Assembly (NCBI GenBank): GCA_964564935.1 | Contig: CAZMCF010000008.1 | Coordinates: 216 to 64,215, forward strand | Direction of reading: 5' to 3' | DNA from: an uncultured Anaerolinea sp. | GTDB lineage: Bacteria; Chloroflexota; Anaerolineae; Anaerolineales; Anaerolineaceae | DNA: 64,000 bases | Part shown: one piece after another, positions 37,776 to 51,453 of the stretch | How the letters are laid out: every line of letters starts with the position of its first letter | How positions within the stretch are numbered: position 1 is the first letter of the stretch | Position numbers and translations under genes: made by a program | Notes under the pieces: generated by a model | What the model was told of the DNA's origin: nothing | What the model saw: the letters and a program-made list of their open reading frames with translations, nothing else | Databases searched by the model: none

Positions 37776-38801
37776 GTGAGCGATCTGACCCTGGAAGATA
37801 TTGCCAGGCAAGCCGGTGTGTCGCGCTCTACTGTTTCCCGCGTGGTCAATAACCACCCGAACGTCAGCGATCACGTCAGGAAACACGTGCTGGAAGTGAT
37901 CCAGAACACCGGTTTTCACCCGAATGCCGCCGCCCGCACGCTGGCCTCGCAGCGCTCCTGGACGATCGGTCTGCTCCTGCCGCACTCCGTCTCCTTCTTC
38001 TTTACCGACCCTTATTATCCTCATCTGACCAAAGGCATCGCTCAGGCCTGCAACCAGTACGGCTACACCCTGGCTCTCTTCCTGGTCTCCACCAAGGAGG
38101 ACGAGGAACAGATCTTCCCGCGCATCCTCCGCCGCGGCCTTCTGGATGGGATCGTCATTCAATCCGGCCATCACGGCGATCAGGCGATCATCGGGCGGAT
38201 GGTCGACGCCAAAAAGCCGGTCGTGGTTGCCGGGCGGCCTTTCCGCTCCGACAACGTCAGTTACATCGATATCGATAACGTTAAGGCCGCCTGCCAGGCC
38301 GTGGAGTACTTGATCGGGCTGGGATACCGGCGGATCGCCACGATTACCGGCCCAAACAGCAGCACCGTGGGCATCGACCGAAAAGAAGGTTATATCAAAG
38401 CGCTGAGCTCCCATCAAATCGCCATTGATCCTGCGCTCATCGTTGAAGGCGATTTCACCGAGGCGGGCGGTTACGCCGCCATGCAGGCTCTTCTGCCTGC
38501 CCGGCCGGAAGCCGTTTTCACCGCCTCGGATATCATGGCGGTTGGCGCGATGCGCGCCGTCCGCGACGCAGGCCTACGGGTTCCCAACGACGTTGCCTTT
38601 GTTGGGTTCGACGACCTGCCGCTGGCGAATCTTTCCGCCGTCCCGTTGACCACCGTTCGCCAGCCGGTGGTCCAATTTGGCGCCAAGGCCGTCGAGGTCC
38701 TGATCGACCTGATCGAAAACGGCATCGATCCGCCCCGTTACGTGATCATGGAAACCGAGCTGGTCGTCCGGGAGAGTTGCGGGGCGAAATTGAGAGGTTA
38801 G
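37776..38801 (+). CDS. LacI-family transcriptional regulator (CelR-like)
   Basis: TLEDIARQAGVSRSTVSRV HTH, GFDD, LTTVRQP. Confidence 0.93.
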   Translation: MSDLTLEDIARQAGVSRSTVSRVVNNHPNVSDHVRKHVLEVIQNTGFHPNAAARTLASQRSWTIGLLLPHSVSFFFTDPYYPHLTKGIAQACNQYGYTLALFLVSTKEDEEQIFPRILRRGLLDGIVIQSGHHGDQAIIGRMVDAKKPVVVAGRPFRSDNVSYIDIDNVKAACQAVEYLIGLGYRRIATITGPNSSTVGIDRKEGYIKALSSHQIAIDPALIVEGDFTEAGGYAAMQALLPARPEAVFTASDIMAVGAMRAVRDAGLRVPNDVAFVGFDDLPLANLSAVPLTTVRQPVVQFGAKAVEVLIDLIENGIDPPRYVIMETELVVRESCGAKLRG

Positions 38802-38827
38802 CTTTTCGGTGGTTTTTTTATGCCCGA

Positions 38828-38843
38828 TTGGGAGCGCTCCCAA
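38828..38843. promoter_or_regulatory. LacI-family operator (CelR/CebR box), copy 2
   Basis: TTGGGAGCGCTCCCAA upstream of the ABC solute-binding gene. Confidence 0.9.
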
Positions 38844-38948
38844 AATGCATGCGCCCTGTATCCGGCAAGGAGGAGGTGAAGTCGATCAAGTGCAAGTCCC
38901 AATTCCCCTATCTATTGATCCGAATTTTCTCAATCGCACCAAAGGAGT

Positions 38949-40763
38949 ATGAAGATGAAACAAAAGCTGTTTATCTGGTCCATTGTACTGACATTGGCGA
39001 TCCTGCTGGCTGCCTGCGGTCCGGCTGCCACCGAAACCCCCGCTGTCCCGCCGGTAGAACCCACCAAAGCTGTCGCGCCGACCACGGTTCCGCCAACCGA
39101 ACCCCCGCCGCCCGTCGAAGCGCCCACCGCCGAAGTCGCGCCGGCCGAATTCCCGCGCAACGAAACCATCTACGTCAGCGGCGCGGCCTGGGGTCCTGCC
39201 TCCACCTGGAATCCCTTCCAGCCGGGCAGCCTGGCTAACACCACCGGCACGATCGGCTTCGTCTATGAATTCCTGTATGCCTACGATCCCCTCAAGGGTG
39301 TGATGACCCCCTGGTTGGCCGAAAGCGGCACATGGAAGGACGCAACCACCTTTGAAGTGACCCTGCGAGAGGGTCTGACCTGGAGCGACGGGAAACCGCT
39401 GACCGCCGAGGATGTCAAATTTACCTACGAGCTGGGTCAGAAATATGCCGCGATCTGGTTTTCCAACATGTGGAATTACCTGACCGGCATAGAGGCGGTC
39501 GACGCCACCCACCTGGTGTTCACTTTCTCCGATCCGCTCTACCAGGAATTCGAGAACAACCTGTACAACATCCCCATCGTGCCCAAGCACCTGTGGGAAA
39601 GCCGCAGCGAAGAGGACATCACCGTCGGCACCAATGAGAAGCCGGTTGGCTCGGGCGCGTACCTGTACCTGACCCACGCCGAGGACCGCAATATCTGGGT
39701 GCGCAATGAGAACTGGTGGGGCATTGGTGTCTTCGGCAAGCCAGCCCCCAAATACATCGTCGACATCCGCACCTCCAGCAACAACATCGCTCTCGGCATG
39801 GTCATCAAGGGCGAACTGGATCTGAGCAACAACTTCCTGCCCGGCGTGGCCACCCTGGCCGATAAGGGCTACGTGCAGACTTACTATGCCGGCCCTCCAT
39901 ACATGCTTTCGGCGAACACGGCTGTCCTCTTCCTGAACACGACCAAGAAGCCGATGGACGATCCGGCCTTCCGCCGCGCGCTGGCTTTTGCCATCGATGT
40001 TCCCTCCATCGTCAATGTCGCCTACGCCCAACTGGTCAAACCCGCCAGCCCGACCGGTTTGCTGCCCTCCCTGGAGAAGTTCGCCGACCCGGCCGTGGTG
40101 GCTGAGCTCGGTTACACTTTCGACACAGCCAAAGCCAAGGAACTGCTGGCTGCCGCCGGGTACAAAGATGTCAACAATGACGGCTTCGTCGAAGCGCCGG
40201 ACGGCTCCGCGATCGCTCTGGAAGTGACCTGCCCGAGCGGCTGGACCGACTGGATGGCGGCGATCGACATCATCGCCTCCAGCGCCCAGGCGGCCGGCAT
40301 CAATATCAAAGCCGCCACGCCCGATTATGGCGCCTGGAACACGGCGCTGCAGGGCGGCACCTTTGATATGACCCTCAATAACTGGGCTTCGATGAGCAAC
40401 ACACCCTGGACTCTCTACAATCTGCTTTTCCGCCATCCGATCCAGGAACAGATGCAGAGCGGCAATTTCGGGCGCTATGAAAACAAGGAGCTCTTCGACG
40501 CGGTCGATGCGCTGGCCAGAATCCCGACCTCGGACATCGAAGGGATGAAAGCGGCCTGCTCCAATATCCAGAAGCTCATGCTGACCGAGATGCCGATGAT
40601 CCCACTGTGGTATAACGGTCTATGGGCGCAATTCAGCAACGCCACCTGGACGAACTGGCCGACCGAATCCTCACCCAACCAGACCCTGCCGTCCACCTGG
40701 TCCGGCTACTGGCAGTTGGGCGGTTTGCAGACGCTCATTAACCTCAAACTGGCCGGGCAGTAA
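38949..40763 (+). CDS. Family-5 (Opp/Dpp-type) ABC solute-binding lipoprotein, probably for beta-linked oligosaccharides
   Basis: LAAC lipobox, PT-rich linker, WSDGKPLTAEDVKFT; glycosidase context. Confidence 0.9.
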   Translation: MKMKQKLFIWSIVLTLAILLAACGPAATETPAVPPVEPTKAVAPTTVPPTEPPPPVEAPTAEVAPAEFPRNETIYVSGAAWGPASTWNPFQPGSLANTTGTIGFVYEFLYAYDPLKGVMTPWLAESGTWKDATTFEVTLREGLTWSDGKPLTAEDVKFTYELGQKYAAIWFSNMWNYLTGIEAVDATHLVFTFSDPLYQEFENNLYNIPIVPKHLWESRSEEDITVGTNEKPVGSGAYLYLTHAEDRNIWVRNENWWGIGVFGKPAPKYIVDIRTSSNNIALGMVIKGELDLSNNFLPGVATLADKGYVQTYYAGPPYMLSANTAVLFLNTTKKPMDDPAFRRALAFAIDVPSIVNVAYAQLVKPASPTGLLPSLEKFADPAVVAELGYTFDTAKAKELLAAAGYKDVNNDGFVEAPDGSAIALEVTCPSGWTDWMAAIDIIASSAQAAGINIKAATPDYGAWNTALQGGTFDMTLNNWASMSNTPWTLYNLLFRHPIQEQMQSGNFGRYENKELFDAVDALARIPTSDIEGMKAACSNIQKLMLTEMPMIPLWYNGLWAQFSNATWTNWPTESSPNQTLPSTWSGYWQLGGLQTLINLKLAGQ

Positions 40764-40778
40764 CCTCCGCCTGTGGAT

Positions 40779-40823
40779 ATACCGCCCCTCCGCGCCTGAT
40801 AAACGCCCTGGGAGGGGCGGTAT
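40779..40823 (+). other. Intercistronic stem-loop after the SBP gene (probable mRNA stabiliser or partial terminator)
   Basis: 13-bp perfect arms ATACCGCCCCTCC / GGAGGGGCGGTAT. Confidence 0.6.
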
Positions 40824-40856
40824 CTTCCGCCCGGCGGATCGATTCAGGGAGTTTGC

Positions 40857-41855
40857 ATGCGAAAATACTTTGGCCGAAAACTGGTCATCTATCTGCTTAC
40901 CTTTTTCCTGGCGGTGACCATCGACTGGATGATCCCGCGCTTCATGCCAGGCGATCCAGTTGCCAACATGCTCGCCAGGGTTTCGGTCAGCACCAATGCA
41001 GCGGCCATGGAGCAACTGTATGACTACTACGCCCACCTCTTTGGTCTGGATGTGCCGCTCTGGCAGCAGTACCTGAATTTTTGGAAATCGCTCTTTCAGG
41101 GCGATCTTGGCATCAGCGTGTACCTGTTCCCAACCCCGGTGACCAGGGTGATCACGCGCGCGGTCCCGTACGACCTGTTCCTTCTGCTCCCCTCCATCCT
41201 GCTCAGCTGGTACGCGGGAAACAAGTTTGGGGCCATCGCCGCCCGCTCCAAATGGCTGGATAACACCATCTCGCCGATAAGCTACATTCTCACCGCAACA
41301 CCGTACATGTGGCTGGGCATCCTGCTTGCCTGGTTGTTTGGCATTGTTTTGGGGATCTTCCCCATCGCCGGCGCGTACAGCTTCTCACTCAGCCCGGCCC
41401 TCTCGTGGAGGTTCATTGGCGACGTGCTGATGCACTGGCTGTTGCCCTTTTTATCCCTGTTCATTGTCGGGTTTGGCGGCTGGGCGATCGGCATGCGCAA
41501 TATGATCATCTATGAGCTCGAGTCGGATTATTCGCACTATCTGGAAGCTCTCGGCGCGTCGAAGCGGTTGATCCGCCGTTATGCCTTCAACAACGCGGTT
41601 CTCCCCCAGATCACCGGGCTGGCTTTGCAGCTGGGAGTGATCGTAGCCGGCGCGCTGGTTACCGAAGTGGTGTTTTCATATCCCGGGATCGGCTACCTGT
41701 TGCTGGCTGCCATCCAAAATCAGGATTACTTCCTGATCCAGGGCTGTTTTCTCTTCATCATCATCGGGGTGTTAATCGCGAACTTCGTGATCGACATCGT
41801 CTATGTGATCGTGGATCCGCGCACGCGGCGGGGCATGACCGGGGAATCAACATGA
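40857..41855 (+). CDS. ABC permease (OppB/DppB-like)
   Basis: PRFMPGDP, GDLG, TEVVFSYPGIG, DPR end. Confidence 0.92.
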   Translation: MRKYFGRKLVIYLLTFFLAVTIDWMIPRFMPGDPVANMLARVSVSTNAAAMEQLYDYYAHLFGLDVPLWQQYLNFWKSLFQGDLGISVYLFPTPVTRVITRAVPYDLFLLLPSILLSWYAGNKFGAIAARSKWLDNTISPISYILTATPYMWLGILLAWLFGIVLGIFPIAGAYSFSLSPALSWRFIGDVLMHWLLPFLSLFIVGFGGWAIGMRNMIIYELESDYSHYLEALGASKRLIRRYAFNNAVLPQITGLALQLGVIVAGALVTEVVFSYPGIGYLLLAAIQNQDYFLIQGCFLFIIIGVLIANFVIDIVYVIVDPRTRRGMTGEST

Positions 41856-42712
41856 ATAGCGAGAATAAAAAGAACGAATTTCTATACTTTACGCTCCGCA
41901 ACCGCAAGCTGGTGATCGGCACTGCCATCATTCTGATTTTTCTGATCCTTGCGCTCGCAGGTCCAAAGCTGACCAAAAATCAGCCGTTCGAGTACGCCAA
42001 CCCGCTCGGCCCCCAGCCGCCTTCGAAGGAATACTGGTTCGGCACCACCTTTTTTGGCCAGGATGTGTTCTCCCAATTCGTCCACGGCTTGAAGGCTACT
42101 TTCCTGGTAGGCGCGCTCGGCGGGGGAATCGGCACCCTGCTTGGCATGTTAATTGGCTTTACCGCCGGCTACCGCGGCGGGATCGTCGATGAAATCCTCA
42201 ACTCCCTGACCAATATCGTCCTGGTGATTCCCACTCTGGCAGTGTTGTTGATCATTGCGGCGTATCTTGAGGTGCGCAGCGTTTTCACTGAGTGCATCTT
42301 CATTGGACTGACCGCCTGGCCGTGGGCGGCGCGCGCCATCCGCGCGCAGACCTTTTCGCTGCGCAGCCGCGAATTCATCGACCTGGCCAGATTGAGCGGG
42401 ATGAAATCCTCGCAGATCATTTTCTCGGAAATCGCCCCCAATATGATGTCTTACCTGCTTCTGGTTTTCATCCTCCAATTCGGCGGCGCGATCCTTGTCG
42501 CGGCGACCCTGGATTTCATCGGCCTTGGACCAACCAACGCCATTTCGCTCGGGTTGATGATGCAGTATTCCGTCCTGTGGGGCGCCCTCCAGCTCGGAAC
42601 ATGGTGGTGGTTCATTCCGCCCGGTCTGGCCATTACCATGATCGTCGGAGCGTTGTACAGCATGAATGTGGGCCTGGACGAAATATTCAATCCCAAACTC
42701 AGAGAGATGTAA
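41852..42712 (+). CDS. ABC permease (OppC/DppC-like)
   Basis: WFGTTFFGQDVF, ARAIRAQ, WWWFIPPG, NPKL. Confidence 0.92.
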   Translation: MNSENKKNEFLYFTLRNRKLVIGTAIILIFLILALAGPKLTKNQPFEYANPLGPQPPSKEYWFGTTFFGQDVFSQFVHGLKATFLVGALGGGIGTLLGMLIGFTAGYRGGIVDEILNSLTNIVLVIPTLAVLLIIAAYLEVRSVFTECIFIGLTAWPWAARAIRAQTFSLRSREFIDLARLSGMKSSQIIFSEIAPNMMSYLLLVFILQFGGAILVAATLDFIGLGPTNAISLGLMMQYSVLWGALQLGTWWWFIPPGLAITMIVGALYSMNVGLDEIFNPKLREM

Positions 42713-42715
42713 CGG

Positions 42716-43678
42716 ATGAGCTTACAAGTCGAGAACCTGACCGTTTACTACCAGACGCTGCGCGGGGACGTCCGTGCGCTGGAGAGCTCCACTTTTACCG
42801 TTCGGGATAGCGAGATCATGGGCCTGGCGGGCGAATCCGGCTGCGGCAAGACCACTCTGGCCCATTCATTGATTTCCCTGGCCCCGCCCATGAAACAGAT
42901 CAGCGGGCGGGTCCTGCTGGACGGAGAGGAGATGCCGATTGGGGACATGGAAAAAATGAACGAATTTCGATTAAAGAGAATCTCCATTGTTCCCCAGTAC
43001 GCCATGAACGCTCTGAATCCCATCCGCAAGATCGGCAGGATGGTCGATGATCTGCTGATCTCCAGAAAAGTCGACCCCGGTTCAATATACGAGGACTTGA
43101 AATGGAAACTCGACCTGGTCAACCTGCCGCACGAGGTGCTCGATATGTATCCGATCGAGCTCTCGGGCGGGATGAAGCAACGCATGGTCATGGTCGTCTC
43201 CACCCTGCTTTATCCGTCGCTGCTCCTTGCCGACGAGATCACCTCCGCGCTGGACGTCGCCAGCCAGAAAGCCGTGGCGGAGATGCTGGTCCGCTTCCGC
43301 GACGAGGGCTGCTGTAAAAGCCTCATCGTCATCACCCATGACATCTCCATCCTCTACCAGATCGCCGACAGCATCCTGATCATGTACGCCGGTCAACTGG
43401 CTGAAAAGGCGCCAACCCGGACGATCATCGAGTCCCCCCGCCATCCGTACACGAAACTGCTCATCTCTTCGCTGCCCAAGATTGGGGTGAAGTACAGCCA
43501 GACCCCGCTGTCCGGCATTCCGGGCAAACCTCCGCTGTTACTTCACCCGCCTGAGGGCTGCCGTTTCCGCGACCGCTGCCCGGCGGCTTTTGAAAAATGC
43601 GTCGAAATTCCTCCTTTCGTTGAGGTCGATCAAAATCACTACGTCGCCTGCTGGAGGGAGACAGTCAGCCATGCTTAG
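42716..43678 (+). CDS. ABC ATPase (OppD-like)
   Basis: GESGCGKT, YPIELSGGMKQR, HPYT, GCRFRDRCP. Confidence 0.92.
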   Translation: MSLQVENLTVYYQTLRGDVRALESSTFTVRDSEIMGLAGESGCGKTTLAHSLISLAPPMKQISGRVLLDGEEMPIGDMEKMNEFRLKRISIVPQYAMNALNPIRKIGRMVDDLLISRKVDPGSIYEDLKWKLDLVNLPHEVLDMYPIELSGGMKQRMVMVVSTLLYPSLLLADEITSALDVASQKAVAEMLVRFRDEGCCKSLIVITHDISILYQIADSILIMYAGQLAEKAPTRTIIESPRHPYTKLLISSLPKIGVKYSQTPLSGIPGKPPLLLHPPEGCRFRDRCPAAFEKCVEIPPFVEVDQNHYVACWRETVSHA

Positions 43679-44621
43679 CGTCGAGCGAATAACCAAAATC
43701 TACCGCGTGGGCACCTTTGGCGGCAAGGAGCTTCATGCGGTCAGCGGCGTCAGCTTTTCGGTCAAGGACGGCGAGTGTATGTCCCTGATCGGCGAAAGCG
43801 GCAGCGGGAAGAGTACAATCGGCAAAATGATCTTGCGGTTGATCTCCATTACCTCCGGCAGGATCGTGCTGGACGGCGTGGACATCTCCACCCTCCAGGG
43901 ACCGGCCCTCAAGGATTACTACCGCAAAGTACAGGGCGTCTTCCAGGATCCGTTCTCTTCGTTCAACCCGATCTTCAAAGCCGACCGCATTTTCAGGATC
44001 GTCCACCAGCAGTTCTTCCCCGAACTGGACTCGCAAACCTGGCAGGCGAAGGTGGATAAAACCCTTTGGGACGTCGGCCTTAATCCCGAGCACGTGTTGA
44101 ATAAATACCCGCACCAGCTCAGCGGCGGGCAGCTGCAGCGCTTTCTCATCGCCCGCGCGCTGCTTCTGGACAGCAGATTCCTGGTCGCGGATGAGATCAT
44201 CAGCATGCTGGATGCCTCGACCCGCATCGATGTGCTCAACCTGCTGGCGGAGCTAAAGCTGCTCGGTCTGTCCATCCTGTTCATCACCCACGACCTCTCC
44301 CTGGCGAATTACATCAGCGAGCGGGCGGTGATCCTCTACCGCGGCTGCATCGCCGAGATGGGCGCAACCGATGAGATCTTCCAGCGCCCGCGCCACCCCT
44401 ACACGCAGATGCTCATCGATTCCGTCCCCCGGCTTGACCAAAAATGGTCCACCAGGGCAATTGCCGAATCCAAAGCGGCGCAGATCGGGTATCATATGGG
44501 TTGTCCCTATTACGATCGCTGCCCGCTGGCCTTTGAAAAGTGCAAGCAACGGCCGGAACCCATCGAGATCGAGCCAGACCATTTTGTCGCTTGCTGGAAG
44601 GTGTCCGAAGAACGCCGCTAA
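43671..44621 (+). CDS. ABC ATPase (OppF-like)
   Basis: GESGSGKST, YPHQLSGGQLQR, HPYTQ; ATG at 43671. Confidence 0.92.
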   Translation: MLSVERITKIYRVGTFGGKELHAVSGVSFSVKDGECMSLIGESGSGKSTIGKMILRLISITSGRIVLDGVDISTLQGPALKDYYRKVQGVFQDPFSSFNPIFKADRIFRIVHQQFFPELDSQTWQAKVDKTLWDVGLNPEHVLNKYPHQLSGGQLQRFLIARALLLDSRFLVADEIISMLDASTRIDVLNLLAELKLLGLSILFITHDLSLANYISERAVILYRGCIAEMGATDEIFQRPRHPYTQMLIDSVPRLDQKWSTRAIAESKAAQIGYHMGCPYYDRCPLAFEKCKQRPEPIEIEPDHFVACWKVSEERR

Positions 44622-44685
44622 GCGCAGCTGCTCGCGCCGTCATGGGTGGGAGGGAAATCTTTATCGTTGATATTAAGGAGCGAGT

Positions 44686-48560
<3,875 letters not shown>

Positions 48561-48660
48561 AGTTTAGAGCGGCCCGGTCGATTAAGCTGAAATTCCTCCG
48601 TCCGGCATGCCCGGCAAGAGCCTCTCTGCCGGTTGAATGTACTGTAATGGGCTGGCGTCC

Positions 48661-48846
48661 ATGGAAGGCGGCTGCTTTCACATCCTCTTCATCCTCGCCG
48701 CCGCCGGGACGGTGCACGCGGTTAGGGCAGTCGCCAGGATGCGCTTTTCCCCGCCACCTCCTGAGGGTGAGGACGACCCCTGGCTGCGCGCCTGCCTCTT
48801 CGAGCGCCTCTTCATCGAGGGGGGCTTCTCCGCCCGCTTTCCCTGA
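48661..48846 (+). CDS. Possible small membrane protein
   Basis: Short ORF with a hydrophobic N-terminus; no recognisable family. Confidence 0.3.
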   Translation: MEGGCFHILFILAAAGTVHAVRAVARMRFSPPPPEGEDDPWLRACLFERLFIEGGFSARFP

Positions 48847-48871
48847 GCCTCCGGCGAAGGATCGACCCGAC

Positions 48872-48896
48872 AAAAAAAGGGCGGGTCAACCCCGCC
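48872..48896 (-). terminator. Intrinsic terminator of the heliorhodopsin gene
   Basis: GGCGGG/CCCGCC stem followed by T7 on the minus strand. Confidence 0.7.
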
Positions 48897-48926
48897 GTTG
48901 CATTCGTTCCTTTCCTCCTGTGGAGA

Positions 48927-49694
48927 TTACGGCCGCAGCGTGCCGCCGAAGATCTGCCAGGCCAATAACGTCTTGGCCGTCAGGCTGAGGATGATGTAGA
49001 CCCGCTCGCCGAAGAGGTAGTCCTTCCACGGGCCGACTTTCTTGTACTGCAGCACCATGTTGACCGCAAAGATGTTGAAGAAGACGAACAGCGACGGGAC
49101 GATGGCGTAGACGAAGGCCGGCGGCTTGGCGTCGCTCGAGTTGATCGAGCCGACGAAGTAGAGCACGATCACGATCCAGGGCACGATCCCGGCGATGCTG
49201 CCGTAGATGAAGGCGGTCCAGTCCACTTTTTTGGTGTACTGGTTGTGAACCTCCATCATGATCCCGAACAGGTTCATCGTCGCGTTGACCGCGAAGATCA
49301 GGATCAGCGCGCCCAGGTCGGTGATGCCCACCAGCATGCCGATCAGGACGATCATCACTGACGAGCTCAGCGCGTACTCATAGAAGCGCACCGGGTTCAT
49401 TCCCTTTTCCAGATTGCGCACGTAGAGCCTGTAGCCAAAGCTGGCCAGGAAGAAGTGCGCGACCGCCGAAAGCAGCAGGAAGATCGCCACGAACGGGCCA
49501 AAGCGCAGCTCGCCGATCAAAGTCGGGTTGGGGATCAATGTCCTCAGCTCGGGGTCGAACTTGAGAAAATTGGTAAAGACCGGGTAGGCGGTGTCGTTGC
49601 TGACCACCCACATGAACACGCCCTGGATCAGGTGCAGAAAGCCCATGATCAGGTTAAAACGCCGCAGCCCCTGGTATTTCTTTTCGGTATTCAT
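48927..49694 (-). CDS. heR: Heliorhodopsin
   Basis: LRRFNL..GFLHLIQG, NPVRFYEYALSSS, YIILSLTAK retinal-binding Lys motif, 7 TM segments. Confidence 0.93.
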   Translation of the reverse strand: MNTEKKYQGLRRFNLIMGFLHLIQGVFMWVVSNDTAYPVFTNFLKFDPELRTLIPNPTLIGELRFGPFVAIFLLLSAVAHFFLASFGYRLYVRNLEKGMNPVRFYEYALSSSVMIVLIGMLVGITDLGALILIFAVNATMNLFGIMMEVHNQYTKKVDWTAFIYGSIAGIVPWIVIVLYFVGSINSSDAKPPAFVYAIVPSLFVFFNIFAVNMVLQYKKVGPWKDYLFGERVYIILSLTAKTLLAWQIFGGTLRP

Positions 49695-49773
49695 TCCACT
49701 CTCCTGAGGTTTGTTGATGATCTTTTGTTTATTATCCCGCTTTCCCTCAGGATTGCGTATAGTTTGTATAAGG

Positions 49774-50628
49774 TTAGCCGCCCCCCGGTTGGATGAAGGT
49801 GCCGTTGCGCAGCTCGTCCAGAGCCTGGAGGATCTCCTCGCGGGTGTTCATCACGAACGGCCCGTAGGGCGCGATCGGCTCGCGGAACGGCGCGCCGGCA
49901 AAGAGCATGAAGCGCGCCGGGGCGTGATCCGCCTTGACCAGCACCCGGTCGCCCTCGTTGAAGACGACCAGCCGCGCCGCCGAGACCAGCGTTCCGGCGA
50001 AGTAGGCTTCGCCCTCGAAGATATAGGCCAGGGCGGTGTGACCCTCCGGCACAGCCTGGACGAACTCCGCGCCAGGCGCTAACTCTACTTCCATGTAGAG
50101 CGGGCTGGCGGCGATCTCGCTCACCGGGCCTGTTACGCCGAATGCCTCGCCCGCCACCACCCGCGCGCGGATTCCGCCGGCCTCGCTTGCGGGGATGCTC
50201 CCGGCGGAGACCTCCTGGTATCGCGGCGGGCTCATCTTCAGCGCCGCGGGCAGGTTGACCCACAGTTGAAAACCGTAGATGCTGCCCGACGGTCCGCGCT
50301 GGGGCATCTCCTCGTGGAGGATGCCGCGCCCTGAGGTCATCCACTGCACGTCGCCCGCGCCGATCACCCCGGTGTTGCCCAGGCTGTCGCGGTGGCGTAC
50401 GCTGCCCTCCAGCATATAGGTGACCGTCTCGATCCCGCGGTGCGGGTGCATCGGAAAGCCCAGGATGGGGCCTTCCCGGGGATCGTTGAAGGCGAAGTGG
50501 TCGAAGAGCAGAAAGGGATCGTAGAGATTCGCAACGCGCGGGGCGATCGAGCGGCGCAGCAGCACCCCCGCGCCCTCGATGACCATCTGCGGGGTGATCA
50601 CTTCTTTTACGGTGCGGATTTGATCCAT
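49774..50628 (-). CDS. Pirin-family protein
   Basis: DPFLLFD, HPHRGIETVTY, GILHEEMP, QLWVNLP, GPFVMNT. Confidence 0.93.
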   Translation of the reverse strand: MDQIRTVKEVITPQMVIEGAGVLLRRSIAPRVANLYDPFLLFDHFAFNDPREGPILGFPMHPHRGIETVTYMLEGSVRHRDSLGNTGVIGAGDVQWMTSGRGILHEEMPQRGPSGSIYGFQLWVNLPAALKMSPPRYQEVSAGSIPASEAGGIRARVVAGEAFGVTGPVSEIAASPLYMEVELAPGAEFVQAVPEGHTALAYIFEGEAYFAGTLVSAARLVVFNEGDRVLVKADHAPARFMLFAGAPFREPIAPYGPFVMNTREEILQALDELRNGTFIQPGGG

Positions 50629-50865
50629 GCGGCCTCCGGGTGCCGTCGGCCCGAACAGAGTCGGCCAGCGGACGATTATTTGGATAATATGTGTCTTATT
50701 ATATCAAGAAACAGGGGAGAACTGCCCTGCGCCGGGCGGACAGGGAGGATGCCGGGTCCATTTGGCCTGCAGGGATGGAATAAATCCGCGATGGGCTCTT
50801 GAACACCCTCGAATTAATATGATAAAATTGATATTAATAGGATATATATTGGCAGTCAGGAGAAC

Positions 50866-51315
50866 ATGAGCATGGACCGTTTCATGAGGGCGGCAATCGA
50901 AGAGGCCCGCAAGGGGCAGCGCGAAGGCGGCATCCCGATCGGGTCGGTGCTGGTCATCGACGGCAGGATCGTCGGGCGGGGTCACAACCGCCGGGTGCAG
51001 AAGGGCAGCCCGATCCTGCACGCCGAGATGGACGCTTTCGAGAACGCCGGCCGGCTGAGCGCCCGCGACTACCAGCGCGCGGTGCTCTATTCGACCCTCT
51101 CGCCCTGCTCCATGTGCACCGGCGCAGCCCTCCTGTATAAAATTCCCAGGGTGGTGATCGGCGAGAACCGGACGTTCAAGGGCGCCGAGGATGCTCTCCG
51201 CCAGCACGGGGTCGAGCTGGAAGTGCTTAACGACCCGGAATGCATCCGGTTGATGCAGGAGTTCATCGAGCGCCGCCCGGAGCTGTGGTACGAGGACATC
51301 GGCGAGCCTGCCTGA
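50866..51315 (+). CDS. Zn-dependent nucleoside/cytosine deaminase (FCY1-like)
   Basis: GGIPIGSVL, HAE, SPCSMC, W.EDIG end. Confidence 0.9.
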   Translation: MSMDRFMRAAIEEARKGQREGGIPIGSVLVIDGRIVGRGHNRRVQKGSPILHAEMDAFENAGRLSARDYQRAVLYSTLSPCSMCTGAALLYKIPRVVIGENRTFKGAEDALRQHGVELEVLNDPECIRLMQEFIERRPELWYEDIGEPA

Positions 51316-51334
51316 AGAGAATCGGCGTCATAAC

Positions 51335-51368
51335 CGGCCGCGCGGAACCCAACCGCGCGGCTGTTTTT
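51335..51368 (+). terminator. Intrinsic terminator
   Basis: GCCGCGCGG/CCGCGCGGC stem followed by TGTTTTT. Confidence 0.7.
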
Positions 51369-51453
51369 GCGCAACTTAACCGGCGATCCTGCGTACATAT
51401 GGATTGAAAGCGCGTAACTCGTAATTCAATTACATGAAAGGATTGCCAGAACC

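Noticed and set aside
50866..51315. tRNA adenosine deaminase TadA
   Set aside because: GGIPIG, SPCSMC and the WYEDIG end fit the FCY1-like cytosine deaminase group; the TadA EVPVGA and TLEPC motifs are absent
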